Positions 19,580 through 30,353 of a stretch of 64,000 nt of DNA are shown here, piece by piece. How positions within the stretch are numbered: position 1 is the stretch's first letter; each line of letters opens with the position of its first letter. The notes beneath the pieces were generated by a model, which saw nothing but the letters and a program-made list of their open reading frames with translations, was not told where the DNA came from and made no database searches. Source of the DNA: an uncultured delta proteobacterium (GTDB lineage Bacteria > Myxococcota_A > Polyangia > Polyangiales > Polyangiaceae); the NCBI GenBank assembly GCA_963696385.1, contig CAVOKF010000005.1, forward strand, positions 1,152,001-1,216,000, given 5' to 3'. The position numbers and the translations under genes are program-made.

Positions 19580-20134
19580 ATGACGGCCACTTCGTTCGAT
19601 TCGGCGCGCGCCGTTCGGTTCAATCTGCCACGGGGGACCGTGCAGGCCGCTGGGATGGATGAGCGACTGGTGCTCGTTCCCTGCTCAGCCCTGGACAATC
19701 TCGTCCTCTCGGTGTCGTCCGAGGCGGTCGAAGCCTTGGGCATGTCCATCGGCGCCGCCATCGGCACGCGCGCCGCTGCGCGTGTGTCCGACATGCAGTC
19801 CGCTTCGGTGGAGGAGTTCGTCACGCAACTCGCGGGCGAGGCGGCCATCGCGGGCATCGGCTCGCTCTCGGTCGAGCGCTGGGGGCGTGCGCTCGTCGTC
19901 GTCCTCGACCGGTCGCCCCTGGCGAGCGCATGGATTTGTCCCGTCGTCGCTTCCGCCCTCCAGGCCGCCTGCGGTCGAAAGGTGGCCACCCTGCTTCTTT
20001 CGCGCGACGCCGACAGCGCGCGGGTTCTCGTCAGCAGCGAGCGAGGCGTCGCGCGGGTCGGCGAGTGGGTCGCTTCCGGCGTGGCGTGGGGCGACGCGCT
20101 GGCGAGGTTGCACACGGGCGGCACGCGTGGATAA
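19580..20134 (+). CDS. Hypothetical protein, possibly V4R/H-NOX-like fold
   Basis: FNLPRGTV...RLVLVP...LG..IG...AGIG.L pattern resembles V4R-type domains. Confidence 0.55.
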   Translation: MTATSFDSARAVRFNLPRGTVQAAGMDERLVLVPCSALDNLVLSVSSEAVEALGMSIGAAIGTRAAARVSDMQSASVEEFVTQLAGEAAIAGIGSLSVERWGRALVVVLDRSPLASAWICPVVASALQAACGRKVATLLLSRDADSARVLVSSERGVARVGEWVASGVAWGDALARLHTGGTRG

Positions 20135-21029
20135 GGCGCGAACGCTCGCCAAGCTGCAGGCGCTCCTCGAGCGGATTCGCTCGCGGGCCAGAGAGCCGCT
20201 GCCGCGCGCCGCCCCAGCGCCGGAGCCCGCTGCGCCGGCCGTTCAGACATCCACTGTGCGAGACCCACCCGTACCCATACAGATGGCCGCCGAGGTCCAA
20301 CCGTTGGAACGGCCGCCGGCCGTCGTCGGCGTGGACGATTCCCTCGGCTTGACCACATGGTCGCCCCCTGCGGCTGCCGCCGAGCCCCAGCCCGAGCCCG
20401 AGCCCGAGATCGACATCGAAGTCGAGGTTGAAGTCGACGTCTCCGATGTGGGCCAGCCCGGCGTCGCAGAGGAAGTCCGGGCCGTTGGCTCGCCTCTCTC
20501 CGGGGATTCGGATAGCGCCGAGCGATTGGTGGTCGCCGCGGCCGCTTCGGAGCTGACCGAGGGCTCGCTATCCGAGGAGACGGCGGGCGCGCTCATCGCC
20601 TCCGGCACGACGACGGAGTTGGCTGACGCGCCGGGCGGAGGATTCGACGCCGAGGAGCCCACGGGTGCCACGAACGGGTTCGAGGACGACGAGTCCGCCC
20701 CGGCATCTTCCCGTCGTCCGGTCGCGGCCGTGTCCGAGAATCACCTGACGTTGGCCTTCGGCTCCGACGAGCCCGAGCCCCCGCGGCACACGCCGCCACC
20801 CGAGTCCGGGCGCCTCCCTGCTCCATCCGGAGAAGGGTTCGATGAACGGACCTCCGCGCGCGAGGCACGCCCCGGCGAATCAGCGCAAACCTCGATAGGC
20901 GAATTGCTGCCCGACGCGACGCGAGCATCGCTCGAATCCGCAAGCCGTGTCCCCGACGTGATCGGCGAGGCGCAGCGCTTCGCGCCGGCGACGTTCCTGG
21001 CCTGGCTCGATGCCAGCATCGAATTTTGA
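20127..21029 (+). CDS. Acidic, Pro-rich, probably disordered hypothetical protein
   Basis: Amphipathic N-terminal (LAKLQALLERIR) and C-terminal (TFLAWLDASI) helices flank a low-complexity linker; overlaps the upstream gene. Confidence 0.6.
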   Translation: MDKARTLAKLQALLERIRSRAREPLPRAAPAPEPAAPAVQTSTVRDPPVPIQMAAEVQPLERPPAVVGVDDSLGLTTWSPPAAAAEPQPEPEPEIDIEVEVEVDVSDVGQPGVAEEVRAVGSPLSGDSDSAERLVVAAAASELTEGSLSEETAGALIASGTTTELADAPGGGFDAEEPTGATNGFEDDESAPASSRRPVAAVSENHLTLAFGSDEPEPPRHTPPPESGRLPAPSGEGFDERTSAREARPGESAQTSIGELLPDATRASLESASRVPDVIGEAQRFAPATFLAWLDASIEF

Positions 21030-21038
21030 ACCGCGCGC

Positions 21039-21956
21039 TCAGCGGATCCAGGTTACGCTTGCGTGGTTGAGCCACGTGCGCTGTCTGCGCGCGAAGAGGC
21101 GCGTGGCGCGCACGATGGCCCCGGCGAGTTCGTCGCGCGGGATCGCACCGCTTAGCATTGCCCCGATCTGAGCATACCCGACGCTACTCATCGCTCGAGC
21201 TCCGCCGTATCCCCGTGTGCGCAGCGATTCGACCTCCTCAATCCAACCGTTTGCGAGCCACGCATGCACGCGCGCCTCGATGCGCCGCGAGAGCTCTTCG
21301 GGCTCCCACGCCGGAGCGATGACGCGCGCTTTGAGGCGTGCCACGGAAAACCCGTGCTCGCGTTGCCACACGCTCATGGGCTTGCCCGTGAGCTCGTGCA
21401 CTTCGAGGGCGCGGCTGACGCGCACGAAATCGTTCGGGTGCAGCCGCGTCGCGATGTCGGCGTCGACTTGTCGCAGCCGCGCGTGCAGCGCCGGCCGTCC
21501 TTCCTGCTCGACGATCGCTCTGTGCCGTGCGCGCACGTCGCGATTCGCGCCGGGCGCGGGCGCCAGCCCGAAGAGCAGCGCTTTGACCCAGAGGAACGTT
21601 CCTCCGCACACGATGGCGGTTCGACCGCGAGCGCGAATGTCGTCGATGGCACAGACGGCTCGACCCGCCCACCAGGCCGCGTCGACCGGTTCCGACGGAT
21701 CGACCGCTGCGACGAGGTGATGCGGCGCGCGAGCGAGCTCCAAGGGGCTTGGTTTTCCGGACCCCGCGTCGAAATCACGATATACTTGGACGCTATCGGC
21801 GCCGACGATTTCGCCGTCGATCCGGGCCGCGATCTCGACGGCGAGTGCGGTCTTGCCGCTCGCGGTCGGGCCGACGATGGCCAAGATTTCGTCCGGGTGC
21901 TTCTGCGCAATCCGCAGCGCATGCTCAACGACCGACACGGCGTTCGAGCTCGTCAT
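21039..21956 (-). CDS. miaA: tRNA dimethylallyltransferase
   Basis: GPTASGKT, DSVQVY, HHL, GGT, RALEV and RRQRTW motifs; lies downstream of mutL. Confidence 0.95.
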   Translation of the reverse strand: MTSSNAVSVVEHALRIAQKHPDEILAIVGPTASGKTALAVEIAARIDGEIVGADSVQVYRDFDAGSGKPSPLELARAPHHLVAAVDPSEPVDAAWWAGRAVCAIDDIRARGRTAIVCGGTFLWVKALLFGLAPAPGANRDVRARHRAIVEQEGRPALHARLRQVDADIATRLHPNDFVRVSRALEVHELTGKPMSVWQREHGFSVARLKARVIAPAWEPEELSRRIEARVHAWLANGWIEEVESLRTRGYGGARAMSSVGYAQIGAMLSGAIPRDELAGAIVRATRLFARRQRTWLNHASVTWIR

Positions 21957-23790
21957 AGCCAATGCGCGTGATAATGGGTCGTCCGTGCGGACAGTGTCCG
22001 GCGAAGTCGACGGCGTCGAGGGCCCGCAGGAGCGCCATGGCTTCTTCGCGCCCGACCGTGTCGCCAGCCCGCACGCTGCCGTGGCATGCCATGGTGGCAA
22101 GGACGAGGTCGACCGCTTGGGCAAACGGCCGCCTGGCCATGCGTCCAAGCTCGGCGACCAAGTCGCGAACGATACGCTCGGGGTGGGCGCGCGCGAGCCA
22201 GGTCGGCACGGCGTGCACTGCGACGGCGTTCGGGCCGACCGCACGCAACTCGACCCCGAGCTCGGCCACCTCGGCAGCGTGCTCCTCGAGAATGGCCACC
22301 TCGGCGGCAAGCAGCTCGATCACCTCCGCGACCAGCAGTCGCTGCATCGCGATCGACCGGGACGCAAACGCACTTTGCAGCCTATGGAACGTGACGCGTT
22401 CGGCGGCTGCGTGCTGGTCGATCACGTACAGACCGTCGGGGCCGGCACACAGGAGAAACATCGCGCGGACCTGCGCGACAAAGTCGAGCGTGCGATAAAA
22501 GCCAGGGCCATCCAGCCGCGTCTGCGCGGGTGAATCGTCCTCCGCCCTAGGGGCGGCCGCTACGTCGGCGATGGCCAATGCCGCGCCATCGGGACGGATC
22601 GGCCAACCGTCCGAGACTTGGACCGACGCCGCATGCGAGTAGCCGTGAAATGCCGCACTGGGCGTGACAGGTGGGTCGGAGACTTCGCCATCCGAAGAAC
22701 TACGAAAATCCGCACTGGGCATGACGTGTGGGTCGGAGACCGTGCTCGTTCCGACGGTGGGAGTTGGCCCAACGCCAAACGTTCGTGATCGCCCGAGCGC
22801 CGGGAGCGCAAACGCTCGCCCCAGCGCGGCATGAAGCTCTCGAGTCGTCGCGTCATGCAGTGCACGCGCGTCCGCGAAGCGGACTTCGGCCTTTTGCGGG
22901 TGGACGTTGACGTCGACCCGGTCGGGAGGCAGGTCGACGTAGACCACGCCGACCGGATAGCGCCCTGGTTCCAGGACGGATCCGTAGGCCTGCGCGACGG
23001 CCCGGGCGAGAGCCCGATCGCGCACTGGGCGTCCGTTGACCAGCAGTCGCAACCCGACGGCGCCCGCGCGCGCGCGTTCCGGCGAAGCAAGATGCGCATC
23101 GATGCGGAGCGCGCCGCGCTGCGCAACGCACATCTCCAGGTGCTCCCCTTCGAACGCTTGCAACGCGCGCTCGTGCCTCGACTGAACGCGCAGCCATTGG
23201 CGCGCGGCGCGCCCGTCACGGACCAGAAAAAAACTGACGTCCGGGCGTGCCAGGGCGGCCAAGAGAAGAGCCTCGCTCACGTGAGCGGCCTCGGTCCCCA
23301 CCGACTTGAGAAACTTGCGGCGCGCGGGAACATTGAAGAAGAGGTCGCGTACATCCACCGTCGTCCCGACGGAGCCACCCGCGGGGTTCACCCGGGGCAC
23401 CCCTCCTCCGTCCACGACGACTTCGGTCCCCTCGACGGCGCCGCGCGCGCGCGTGAGCACGCGGATCTTTGCGATGGATGCGATGCTGGGCAGTGCCTCT
23501 CCCCGAAAACCGAAGGTCTCTAGCGCGAACAGGTCTTCCTTAGCCCGGAGTTTGCTCGTGGCGTGCCGCTCGAGCGCGAGCCGCGCGTCGTCGGCGTCCA
23601 TTCCGCGCCCGTCGTCGCTGACGCGGACCAAATCGGTGCCGCCCTGGCCGATGTCGACCTGAACACGTGTGGCGCCGGCGTCCAGCGCATTCTCGACCAG
23701 CTCTTTGACGACGCTCGCGGGCCGTTCGACGACCTCTCCCGCAGCGATCTGGTTCGCGAGGTCGCTCGGCAGTCTTTGGATCTCACCCAT
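21925..23790 (-). CDS. mutL: DNA mismatch repair protein MutL
   Basis: NQIAAGEVVERPASVVKELVENALDAGA, GFRGEAL, VDVNVHPQK, DQHA..ER and CPHGRP. Confidence 0.97.
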   Translation of the reverse strand: MGEIQRLPSDLANQIAAGEVVERPASVVKELVENALDAGATRVQVDIGQGGTDLVRVSDDGRGMDADDARLALERHATSKLRAKEDLFALETFGFRGEALPSIASIAKIRVLTRARGAVEGTEVVVDGGGVPRVNPAGGSVGTTVDVRDLFFNVPARRKFLKSVGTEAAHVSEALLLAALARPDVSFFLVRDGRAARQWLRVQSRHERALQAFEGEHLEMCVAQRGALRIDAHLASPERARAGAVGLRLLVNGRPVRDRALARAVAQAYGSVLEPGRYPVGVVYVDLPPDRVDVNVHPQKAEVRFADARALHDATTRELHAALGRAFALPALGRSRTFGVGPTPTVGTSTVSDPHVMPSADFRSSSDGEVSDPPVTPSAAFHGYSHAASVQVSDGWPIRPDGAALAIADVAAAPRAEDDSPAQTRLDGPGFYRTLDFVAQVRAMFLLCAGPDGLYVIDQHAAAERVTFHRLQSAFASRSIAMQRLLVAEVIELLAAEVAILEEHAAEVAELGVELRAVGPNAVAVHAVPTWLARAHPERIVRDLVAELGRMARRPFAQAVDLVLATMACHGSVRAGDTVGREEAMALLRALDAVDFAGHCPHGRPIITRIGYDELERRVGR

Positions 23791-23797
23791 GCGCCGA

Positions 23798-24424
23798 CTA
23801 GCGCTCCTCGATGGCTCCAGCCGCGGCATCGAGGAGCTCGCGCGACTTGCGGCGGGTCAATGCCACGACGATCAACGCGCTCGCGACCGTGTAGAACGTG
23901 AGTTCGATGGCAGGCACGGCACGGGCCACGCTCGAAAGCGCGCGGACGGTGTCGTCGGCGCGGACGCGATCCGGCGTCCCTTCGCGAATTTGCGCTTCTT
24001 GCCTCGCCTCCGAGAAACGCAGGTCGGCGTCGAACACGTCACGCAACAGCCAGAGCCCGGCGGCATTGGTCGCTGCCTGGGCGACCACCAGCTGGATGAG
24101 CGCCGCGCGGGACCCTTTCGTCCCGCCCATCGCGCGGATTGCGAAGACGACGACCGCGCCGCCCAGCAGAAGCGTCGCCACGGCCAGGGGCCAGCCGCGC
24201 GCCTTCTCCGCATCGAGGACTTGCAGAAACGCTTGCGCTCGGGCCACGACGACCGCGCGCTCAGCTTGATCGGCGATGCCTTCGCCCAGCAGCGACGTGT
24301 CGACCGGATCGCGATACAGCGCGACCGTGTTGTAGCCGCGGCATGCCCCCATACTGCCGAGTGCGAGCGCCCCGAGAAGGGCGAGCACCAGGTACCAGGG
24401 GCGCTTGCGAGCCGCGATGGCCAT
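23798..24424 (-). CDS. Hypothetical membrane protein (about 4 TM)
   Basis: Hydrophobic segments; stop 7 bp before the mutL start. Confidence 0.7.
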   Translation of the reverse strand: MAIAARKRPWYLVLALLGALALGSMGACRGYNTVALYRDPVDTSLLGEGIADQAERAVVVARAQAFLQVLDAEKARGWPLAVATLLLGGAVVVFAIRAMGGTKGSRAALIQLVVAQAATNAAGLWLLRDVFDADLRFSEARQEAQIREGTPDRVRADDTVRALSSVARAVPAIELTFYTVASALIVVALTRRKSRELLDAAAGAIEER

Positions 24425-24530
24425 GCCGTCAGTGCGGATAGCATGAGCGGACGGCGTCGGGCACGCGCCCGCGGGGACGGGCCGCGCCACGTTCGACCCC
24501 GAGCACGACGGATCGGCAGTCGAACCGGCT

Positions 24531-25871
24531 CTAAGGCGCGCAGCAGATGGTCATCGCGCCCTCGAGCGTGAGGCTCTCGATCTGCGAGCCAGAATATTGA
24601 CACTCCAGATCTTGGGCCATACCGCCCGTATAGTCGTACGATTGGAACGTCGGGGCGGCCGCGGTCGCTGGAGAGGGTCCACACGTTCCATCGGCCTGCA
24701 CGGCCCATGGAGCGCCGTGGCACGCAGGGTCCGGATAGAAGTTCACCGTTCCAGAGCACGTCCCGGTCAAGGTGCAGGGGCAGTCGCCGCACGAGATCGA
24801 AAGGCTCGTGCCGACCAGGTGCACGGCACCCAGCGGTCCAGGCGGACAATCCCATTGGCCAGTCCGGGCGATGCACGGTGCGTACGGGTCGGCGACCTGG
24901 GGCGTGCACACGTCCCCAGTACATTGCGCCGAGGTTGGGTCGTCCGGTAGGCACGTGCGTCCCTCGCTTGCAAACGTCACGCGATCAGGAACGACTTCGC
25001 CGGGAACCGTGCAGGATCCGCCCGCTGGCGCAGGTGGATCGAACTCGACGTGCGTCGCGGACGAGAGGACGGCAGGCACGTCCGTGTTGCACCCTCCGGC
25101 CAGGTCGTTGGCGAGCGACGCCGCTTCGGACGCGCATCCGACGGATGGGAACGGGCTCGAATCGTAAAAGAACGGGATGGGGCCCGACGAACACGAAGGG
25201 GTCGTCTGCAGCGCGCAGGACCCGCAGGTGCATGCGTTGGAGACATCGGGGCTTTCTTCGACGTCGATGGATTGCTGGCCGAAGCCAGCAGGGCACGGCG
25301 CCATCTGGGAGGTCGCGAAAGCGACGAGCATCCATCCTTCGGGGACGACGATGCATCCGGCATCGGAATCGCAAGGAGGGCCGGCTTCGCCCTCGACGTC
25401 TGCCGCGGCATCCGGCCCGGCATTGGACGCGGCATCGGGGACATTGGACGCGGCATCGGGGACATTGGACGTGGCATCGGGGACATTGGACGTGGCATCG
25501 GGGGCATTGGACGCCGCATCCGGCGCAGCATCGACTGCGGCGAGCGGAGCATCCGGTGCAGGAGCATCGGGCGCGGCGTTGGCCGCGTCGAACGGGGGCG
25601 AGACGGCCGCCACATCGCTTACGCCCTCGTCGCCGGCTTGCCCTTGCCCGTCTGGCGGTACGGGCTCCGCATCCTCCGGGCCAACGGTTCCGTCGGCGTC
25701 CGCGGCTGTGACACTACCGGCGTCGGCGTCCGACAGCGGCCCCAGTCCGTTCATGTCGAGGGCACAAGCGCTCGCGAGCATCCATGCCCCGACGGCGACC
25801 CACCCCCCGCGGGCAAGCCTGCTGCCACTCGTGGAAGCTGCCCCCCTAATTCTTCTTTTGCGAGTCTCCAA
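24531..25871 (-). CDS. Cys-rich lipoprotein with a DAASNVP tandem-repeat linker
   Basis: Lipobox-like LASAC, D/A/P-rich linker and Cys-rich C-terminal half. Start uncertain (TTG 25871 or ATG 25780). Confidence 0.7.
   Translation of the reverse strand: METRKRRIRGAASTSGSRLARGGWVAVGAWMLASACALDMNGLGPLSDADAGSVTAADADGTVGPEDAEPVPPDGQGQAGDEGVSDVAAVSPPFDAANAAPDAPAPDAPLAAVDAAPDAASNAPDATSNVPDATSNVPDAASNVPDAASNAGPDAAADVEGEAGPPCDSDAGCIVVPEGWMLVAFATSQMAPCPAGFGQQSIDVEESPDVSNACTCGSCALQTTPSCSSGPIPFFYDSSPFPSVGCASEAASLANDLAGGCNTDVPAVLSSATHVEFDPPAPAGGSCTVPGEVVPDRVTFASEGRTCLPDDPTSAQCTGDVCTPQVADPYAPCIARTGQWDCPPGPLGAVHLVGTSLSISCGDCPCTLTGTCSGTVNFYPDPACHGAPWAVQADGTCGPSPATAAAPTFQSYDYTGGMAQDLECQYSGSQIESLTLEGAMTICCAP
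25421..25520. repeat. 21-bp coding tandem repeat, about 4.8 copies
   Basis: Unit CATTGGACG(C/T)GGCATCGGGG(A/G), encoding PDA(A/T)SNV on the minus strand. Confidence 0.95.
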
Positions 25872-26835
25872 TGGCCTTTTGTATTTCCAGAATGAGCGGG
25901 TCGGGCGGAGGCTCGGCAGGGGCCGCGGAGGCTGCCGGAGGGACGTCGCTGGCCTGGGCAGGTGCGTTGTTGGCCTCCCCCGTTGTCCCGGGCCGTGCGC
26001 TCGGAGCAGGCGTGGCCTCTGCGGTCGCGCCCGCTGGAGCGATCGTCTTCGTCGCCGTTGCGGACGCCGGCGCATCATCGGTGTCGGGTGGAGATTCGGC
26101 AGGGGTGGGCGTCGGTGGTGCAGCTACGATGGCCGCCTTTCGTGCCGGGGGGCGCGCCGATGGCGGAACAGCAAACGGGGAACTCGATCGCCTTAAAATC
26201 GGCTGCGGCGCGCGGGGCAAGTCGTTGACGTTGGCGGTCGCAACGACCACAGGTTGCGTCGTCGTCGGGCGTTGTACTTCCGCCGCCGACTGCGGCGTGC
26301 GCGTCGGCTCCGCAAGCGGAAGCCCTCGAGCCGTCGCACGATCCGCAGGGGCGTCGAGGCGCGATCCCAGCAACACGCCTGCGCCCACGAGGATCCCGGC
26401 CAACCCGACGCCGCAGGCAACGAGGACGGAACGTTGGTTCCGGGTCGTCGTCGCGACCTGACTTCGCGCGGCCGGCGGAACCGACGCCACGAACGGAGGG
26501 ACCGAAATCCGAGAAGGCATCGGCGTCGCGATGTTACCCGGCGGCGGTGCCGGCAAGGGTGAGAGCGGTGCGACAAGCCGCGCGGCCGAAAACCGCTCCA
26601 CCGATACCGGGGTCGGCACGATGCTCGGTTCGGCGATCGCTTCTTCGAACGCGTACGGGGGTCGCGTGCCCGCGGGCGCCAGCGGCCGAGGCAGCGGGCC
26701 CGACGGCCGTGCAGCCGCAACAGCGGGCGGATGAGGGGCGGGGAGCGCCGACGAAAACGACACTTCCTTGGCGATCTTTCGGAGGACCAGCTTCTTCGGA
26801 GGTCGGGGCGGGGCGCCGGAGTCAGAAGTGGACAT
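25846..26835 (-). CDS. Pro/Ala-rich single-pass membrane protein
   Basis: Central TM VLVACGVGLAGILVGAGVLL with low-complexity flanks. Confidence 0.6.
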   Translation of the reverse strand: MSTSDSGAPPRPPKKLVLRKIAKEVSFSSALPAPHPPAVAAARPSGPLPRPLAPAGTRPPYAFEEAIAEPSIVPTPVSVERFSAARLVAPLSPLPAPPPGNIATPMPSRISVPPFVASVPPAARSQVATTTRNQRSVLVACGVGLAGILVGAGVLLGSRLDAPADRATARGLPLAEPTRTPQSAAEVQRPTTTQPVVVATANVNDLPRAPQPILRRSSSPFAVPPSARPPARKAAIVAAPPTPTPAESPPDTDDAPASATATKTIAPAGATAEATPAPSARPGTTGEANNAPAQASDVPPAASAAPAEPPPDPLILEIQKAIGDSQKKN

Positions 26836-27161
26836 GATGTTCTTCGCGTTGGAAAATTGCGCGATGAGAAGTGAGTCAGCCCACTTTGTGGCACACGAGA
26901 CGGCGGCGCAAGGCCGTACTGCAACGCCGACCTCCTTCTGACCTCCACTTCCGCGCTCCCTGACGCACCGGGTCATGGCACTTCGGCTGCGCTTAAGTCT
27001 CGCGTCGAGCCGCATCTCAGCGGGCCGCATGCAAGGGAGCCCCGAAATCGACCACTGGAGGCAATGTGGGCCAATGTCTGGTGTTCAGCCGTAATGGTTC
27101 TTCACGCTGCGGGCCAAAACTCGGGCGGCGCCGACACGGATCGGCCACAATCGCCGCCGGC

Positions 27162-27629
27162 ATGAATCGCGAGCCGTCGGAGCTCAAGCACTTTCGCGCA
27201 ATGCTCGAGGCTTACATGGCGAAGAAGGGGCTGCGGGCCACCGACCAGCGCAGGCTGATTGTCGAGACCTTCTTTCGAGCCGAAAATCACGTCAGTATCG
27301 AAGAGCTTCTCTCGCAAGTCCGCGCCAAAGACGCGCGCGTGGGGTATGCGACGGTGTACCGAACACTCAAGCTTCTGACCGAGTGCGGGGTGGCGAACGA
27401 ACGCCGATTTGGCGACGGGCTCACTCGCTACGAGTTGGCCGACGACGCGACGCACCATGACCACCTCATTTGCGTCGAGTGCAGCGACATCGTGGAGTTC
27501 GAAGAGCCTCGCATCGAGGTGTTGCAGGAAAAGGTCGCGCATAAGTACGGCTTCGCACTTCGCTCGCACAAGCACGAACTCTATGGCGTGTGCCCCCGCT
27601 GTCAGTCGAAGCGATCCGGCGGAAACTGA
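27162..27629 (+). CDS. fur: Fur-family transcriptional regulator
   Basis: T.QR, ATVYRTL, HHDHLICVEC and C-terminal CPRC. Confidence 0.92.
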   Translation: MNREPSELKHFRAMLEAYMAKKGLRATDQRRLIVETFFRAENHVSIEELLSQVRAKDARVGYATVYRTLKLLTECGVANERRFGDGLTRYELADDATHHDHLICVECSDIVEFEEPRIEVLQEKVAHKYGFALRSHKHELYGVCPRCQSKRSGGN

Positions 27630-27645
27630 CGCGCGGCCGCGAGGG

Positions 27646-28275
27646 TCAAGCCGCGGCGAGGGAACGTCGCTCGGTCACGATCCAGCCCATGACGACGTCG
27701 CCTTCGGTCTCGGGAGTCTCGGCGACGAGCTGAAAATCGTACGCGACGCCGACCGTGACTGCGGGCGGCGCGAATCGCGGCAAAGCGCGATCGTAGTGGC
27801 CGGCTCCGTAGCCGATGCGATGCCCGCGCGGATCGACGGCGAGCGCGGGCACCACGATGAGGTCGAGAGTCCCCGGAGGCGCTTCTGGTTCCTGCAAAGA
27901 CGGCTCGCGGTGTCCGAACGGGTGCACTCGCATGGCCTCCGGGCTCGCAACGAACCGGAAGGACAACGCACCCGTGGCCTCTTCCACGACAGGGTAGGCG
28001 ACGTCCATGCCCCGTTCGCGCAACCGCGCGTCGAGCGCCCGCAGGTCCACTTCGTGTCGCGGCTCGATAGGCCAGAAAAGTGCGACTGAACGTGCCCGAG
28101 CGAGCGGCTCGAGGGCCGACAGTCGCTCGACGATTCGGGCGGATTTTTCCGCGCATGACGATGCCGGAAGCGCATTTCGCAGCGCGCGCATGCGCTTGCG
28201 AAGCTCGATCTTGACGCGACGACGCAGATCGTCTTCGGAAGACGAGCGAACGAAGCCGTGAGGATCGCCGGGCAT
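27646..28275 (-). CDS. 5-formyltetrahydrofolate cyclo-ligase
   Basis: KIELRKRMR, EP and DLIVVPALAVDPRGHRIGYGAGHYDR. Confidence 0.93.
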   Translation of the reverse strand: MPGDPHGFVRSSSEDDLRRRVKIELRKRMRALRNALPASSCAEKSARIVERLSALEPLARARSVALFWPIEPRHEVDLRALDARLRERGMDVAYPVVEEATGALSFRFVASPEAMRVHPFGHREPSLQEPEAPPGTLDLIVVPALAVDPRGHRIGYGAGHYDRALPRFAPPAVTVGVAYDFQLVAETPETEGDVVMGWIVTERRSLAAA

Positions 28276-28416
28276 GGGCAAGGAGCGTCGATCGGCTACG
28301 GGACCATGGATTGTACCGAGCAGGTCGCGAGCTTGATGCAGGTTGTCCCCTGTGGCAAGCCGGCATCCGTCGGCGGGGCCAGGGTGTCCCCGTCCACGCG
28401 GCGACCGCGCTGGCAA

Positions 28417-30198
<1,782 letters not shown>

Positions 30199-30353
30199 TG
30201 GCCTGTCTGGGCTCCGCGCGGCCGCCGGTTCACGACATCGTCACGTGGCCGTCGCTTGCATCGCCCTAGGGGGGCGGTAATCTCCTACACGAGCGCAAGC
30301 ACGCGCTGGCGACCGCTGCGCCCGGGATCGGGCGCACCTCAGGGAAACGCACA

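Noticed and set aside
28276..28416. 6S RNA upstream of 5-formyl-THF cyclo-ligase (a common synteny)
   Set aside because: The gap is only about 140 bp, shared with a divergent gene, and no long 6S-like hairpin is evident; a covariance-model search would be needed.
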